A stretch of 51,742 nt of DNA from Candidatus Omnitrophota bacterium (GTDB taxonomy: Bacteria > Omnitrophota > Gorgyraeia > Duberdicusellales > 4484-171), in NCBI GenBank assembly GCA_018826075.1, contig JAHKAJ010000018.1:1-51742 (forward strand), written 5' to 3'. This document shows positions 49,324 to 51,742 of the stretch, piece by piece. The position numbers and the translations under genes were made by a program. The notes under the pieces are model-generated. The model was not told where the DNA came from. It saw nothing but the letters and a program-made list of their open reading frames with translations, and did not search any database. Within the stretch, counting starts at the first letter, position 1, and every line of letters begins with the position of its first letter.

Positions 49324-50253
49324 ATGCTAAATATGCCGACAGCCAATAAAGATAATTCTTTTCGTTCAGGGTTTGTAGTCATTTTAGGCCGTCCCAATGT
49401 AGGTAAATCCACCTTGCTTAATACCCTGGTTGAAAGCAAGGTCAGTATTGTTTCAGCTATTCCTCAAACCACGCGTCACCAGATAAGAGGGGTATTGAAC
49501 TTAAAAAATGCCCAGGCAGTTTTCGTGGATACGCCGGGAATCCATTCTTTTAAGGATAGCTTGAGTTCCCAACTTAACTTAGTAGCCAAAAAATCAATCG
49601 AAGGCTGCGATTTGATCATCTATTTGGTTGATGTTTCTCGCCGGCCGGGGCTGGAAGAAAAAGAGGTAGTAAAAATCATTACCGCCCAAAAAATAAAAGC
49701 TTTGATGGTTTTAAATAAAATTGACCGGGGAGTAAAATTTCTTAACGATTATATCTCTTTATGGCAGGAAGGAAAAAACACATCCCCGGAAAATCTAATC
49801 TACTATATACCACTTTCTGCTAAGACTGGAAAGAACCTGGATAAGCTTAAAACTGCTATTATTGAGAATCTGCCGGCAGGCCCTAAATATTATGATACCA
49901 AAACCCTTACTGATTTTCCCGATAAGTTCAGAGTTGCTGATATAATCCGCGAAAAATTATTTCGTAAATTAGATAAAGAACTGCCACATTCCTTAGCTGT
50001 GGAAGTGGCTGAAATCAAAGATAAGAAAAAGGTTGTTTACATTAAGGCAAATATCTATGTTAAACGAAACTCTCAGAAGAGAATAGTGGTCGGTAAAAAC
50101 GGCGAGAGCCTTAAAACTGTCGGCGTTCAGGCCCGCTCGGAATTGGAAAAGATGTACGATAAGAAGGTTTTCTTAGATATCTGGGTTACGGTTTTAAAAG
50201 ACTGGCCAGAGCGCCCGCGAATAATCGAACAGTTGGGTTACAGCGCCGAGTAA
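49324..50253 (+). CDS. era: GTPase Era
   Basis: GRPNVGKS, QTTR, DTPG, NKID, KH domain. Confidence 0.96.
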   Translation: MLNMPTANKDNSFRSGFVVILGRPNVGKSTLLNTLVESKVSIVSAIPQTTRHQIRGVLNLKNAQAVFVDTPGIHSFKDSLSSQLNLVAKKSIEGCDLIIYLVDVSRRPGLEEKEVVKIITAQKIKALMVLNKIDRGVKFLNDYISLWQEGKNTSPENLIYYIPLSAKTGKNLDKLKTAIIENLPAGPKYYDTKTLTDFPDKFRVADIIREKLFRKLDKELPHSLAVEVAEIKDKKKVVYIKANIYVKRNSQKRIVVGKNGESLKTVGVQARSELEKMYDKKVFLDIWVTVLKDWPERPRIIEQLGYSAE

Positions 50254-50263
50254 AGAGTCTTAC

Positions 50264-50318
50264 ATCTAACACAAAAATCAGCCGCCTCTGCGAAGCCCGC
50301 CAGATTGCTTTGTTAGAT
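50264..50318 (-). other. Orphan attC-like site
   Basis: Minus strand ATCTAAC aaagc AATCTGGC...GCTGATT tttgt GTTAGAT. Cores are perfectly complementary and the layout matches the array attC; the inner stem is imperfect. Confidence 0.65.
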
Positions 50319-50454
50319 GATTTTATCAGAAAGTGTTACCTATCTACTTGGGTGATTCACTACTCTCTTATAACCACTCCTTCCTACTTAAATAATCTCA
50401 AGCCGGCTTTAACAAAAGTAAAATAGTAAAATAAGAATTGTTCCTTATTGCTTA

Positions 50455-51000
50455 TCACAAGCTACTAACCAAATATTCGGTTGAATCTGTGAAGCCGGCA
50501 GATAAAGGGGCAAAAATGCTCTGGTTATTCAACTTATTAACTATTGTGTTAGGCAAGCCGCGTAGGCCTATGTATACACCCGGGCCAAGATTATGGCGGC
50601 CATTTGGCCAATAATCATAATCGTAGCCGTCACCCCAAGGGCAAGCTGCTGGATATGTATCCAGATAAGGTCCGTCCCAAGAAGCATTTACCATATCTTT
50701 CCAGTTTGAAGGATGGGTGGTGGCAGCTGAGGTAGATTCCATACCACTTCCATTTATAGCGCTATAAGGTAAGGGTTTTACAAAGCCAGGGTCAACGTCT
50801 TTAACAACATCGGGCGGAAAAAAACCCATATCGGCATAATAGGTAAGGGTCGCACTACCCATAGCTTTTACATCGCCGATTACTTCGCTTATCTTCGCCT
50901 TTTCAATAGCCTTAAAAGCATTGGGAGCAATGATTGCTGCTAGAATAGCAATGATAGCAATGACTACAATCAATTCGATTAAAGTAAATGATTTTTTCAT
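50455..51000 (-). CDS. Type IV pilin / GspG-like pseudopilin
   Basis: S|FTLIELIVVIAIIAILAA; WDGPY; PWG. Start set at ATG 51000 after GAGGG. Confidence 0.88.
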   Translation of the reverse strand: MKKSFTLIELIVVIAIIAILAAIIAPNAFKAIEKAKISEVIGDVKAMGSATLTYYADMGFFPPDVVKDVDPGFVKPLPYSAINGSGMESTSAATTHPSNWKDMVNASWDGPYLDTYPAACPWGDGYDYDYWPNGRHNLGPGVYIGLRGLPNTIVNKLNNQSIFAPLSAGFTDSTEYLVSSL

Positions 51001-51017
51001 TTTTTCCCTCAAATGTT

Positions 51018-51046
51018 AATATACTCCTAAAAGTCAATAAATTCAA
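51018..51046 (-). promoter_or_regulatory. sigma70 promoter of the pilin gene
   Basis: Minus strand TTGAAT-17-TATATT. Confidence 0.65.
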
Positions 51047-51120
51047 GCCGGAAAAGTATTATTTGAAATCAGAGTGATTATGGAATACAATGAGCAATTA
51101 ACATAATCAGGGTAAAAGAT

Positions 51121-51630
51121 ATGGGTATTTTAGGGTTAGTAAAAGATCGAAGATCAATACGAAAGTTTAAGAAAAAGACTGTTTCTAAACAGATAGTTGA
51201 GAAAATTTTAGAAGTCGGACGCTGGGCACCTTCGGGGCTGAATAACCAGCCTTGGCGGTTTATGGTTTTGGCCGGAGCCGAGAAAGAGGCTTTGGCGCAA
51301 TTTACTCATTACCGAAATATCATCAAAGGGGCGAATAAAGTTATTTTGGTATTTTTAGATAAAAAAGCATCTTATAACTACGAAAAAGATCTGATGGCTA
51401 TTGGCGCCTGCATTCAAAATATGCTGCTTTCTATTCATTCTCTCGGCCTGGGTGCCTGCTGGCTGGGTGAGATTTTAAACCAGAGAAGCCGTCTGCAAAA
51501 GTCTTTGAAACTACCCGGGCATTTACAGTTAGAAGCAGTGGTGGCTTTGGGTTACCCTTTGTCTTCGGCTAATAAGGGTAGACGTAGACCGTTAAGAAAT
51601 TTATTACTTCGCAAAAACAAATTGTATTAA
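51121..51630 (+). CDS. Nitroreductase family protein
   Basis: RRSIRKF, APSGLNNQPWRF, LGLGACW, LGYP. Confidence 0.93.
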   Translation: MGILGLVKDRRSIRKFKKKTVSKQIVEKILEVGRWAPSGLNNQPWRFMVLAGAEKEALAQFTHYRNIIKGANKVILVFLDKKASYNYEKDLMAIGACIQNMLLSIHSLGLGACWLGEILNQRSRLQKSLKLPGHLQLEAVVALGYPLSSANKGRRRPLRNLLLRKNKLY

Positions 51631-51669
51631 GATATATAAACTATATATTTTTTCCGGCCAATGTAATTT

Positions 51670-51692
51670 TTCCTTGCTTATTCAGCAAGGAA
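51670..51692. terminator. Possible terminator hairpin
   Basis: TTCCTTGCT-TATTC-AGCAAGGAA downstream of the nitroreductase; no clear U-tract on the + strand. Confidence 0.35.
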
Positions 51693-51742
51693 CGATAAAA
51701 ATGTCCTAAAAATCGGCTCCCAGCGCTTCGCGGCTCGCCGAT

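Noticed and set aside
51690-51742. Further attC at the window end
   Set aside because: Hairpin AATCGGC...GCCGAT is present, but there is no AAC inverse core and the site is cut by the window edge. It cannot be called.

Overview
Bacterial chromosomal segment. The gene content (Chlamydia/Spirochaete-type V-ATPase, GspG-like pilins, bactofilin-HTH fusion) is suggestive of Candidatus Omnitrophota or a related PVC lineage; this is an inference. The first ~4 kb is a minus-strand integron cassette array with no integrase in the window. It holds a Fic-domain cassette and a tiny empty cassette, and both visible attC sites are split at the same TG dinucleotide by two diverged IS110/IS1111-family elements. 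The right non-coding ends of these elements encode a readable bridge/seek RNA whose target guide differs between the copies in step with the attC each one occupies. The rest is mostly housekeeping: pyrKDF, a V/A-ATPase operon interrupted by a pilin gene, tRNA-Val, thrS-infC-rpmI-rplT, Trk, pheST, 6S RNA, rarA, tRNA-Leu, a FIST-kinase-REC/GGDEF module, dnaG-rpoD-gatCAB, ctpA, tsaD and era. A second pilin near the end shares a 33-bp promoter block with the cassette array and is followed by an orphan attC-like site.
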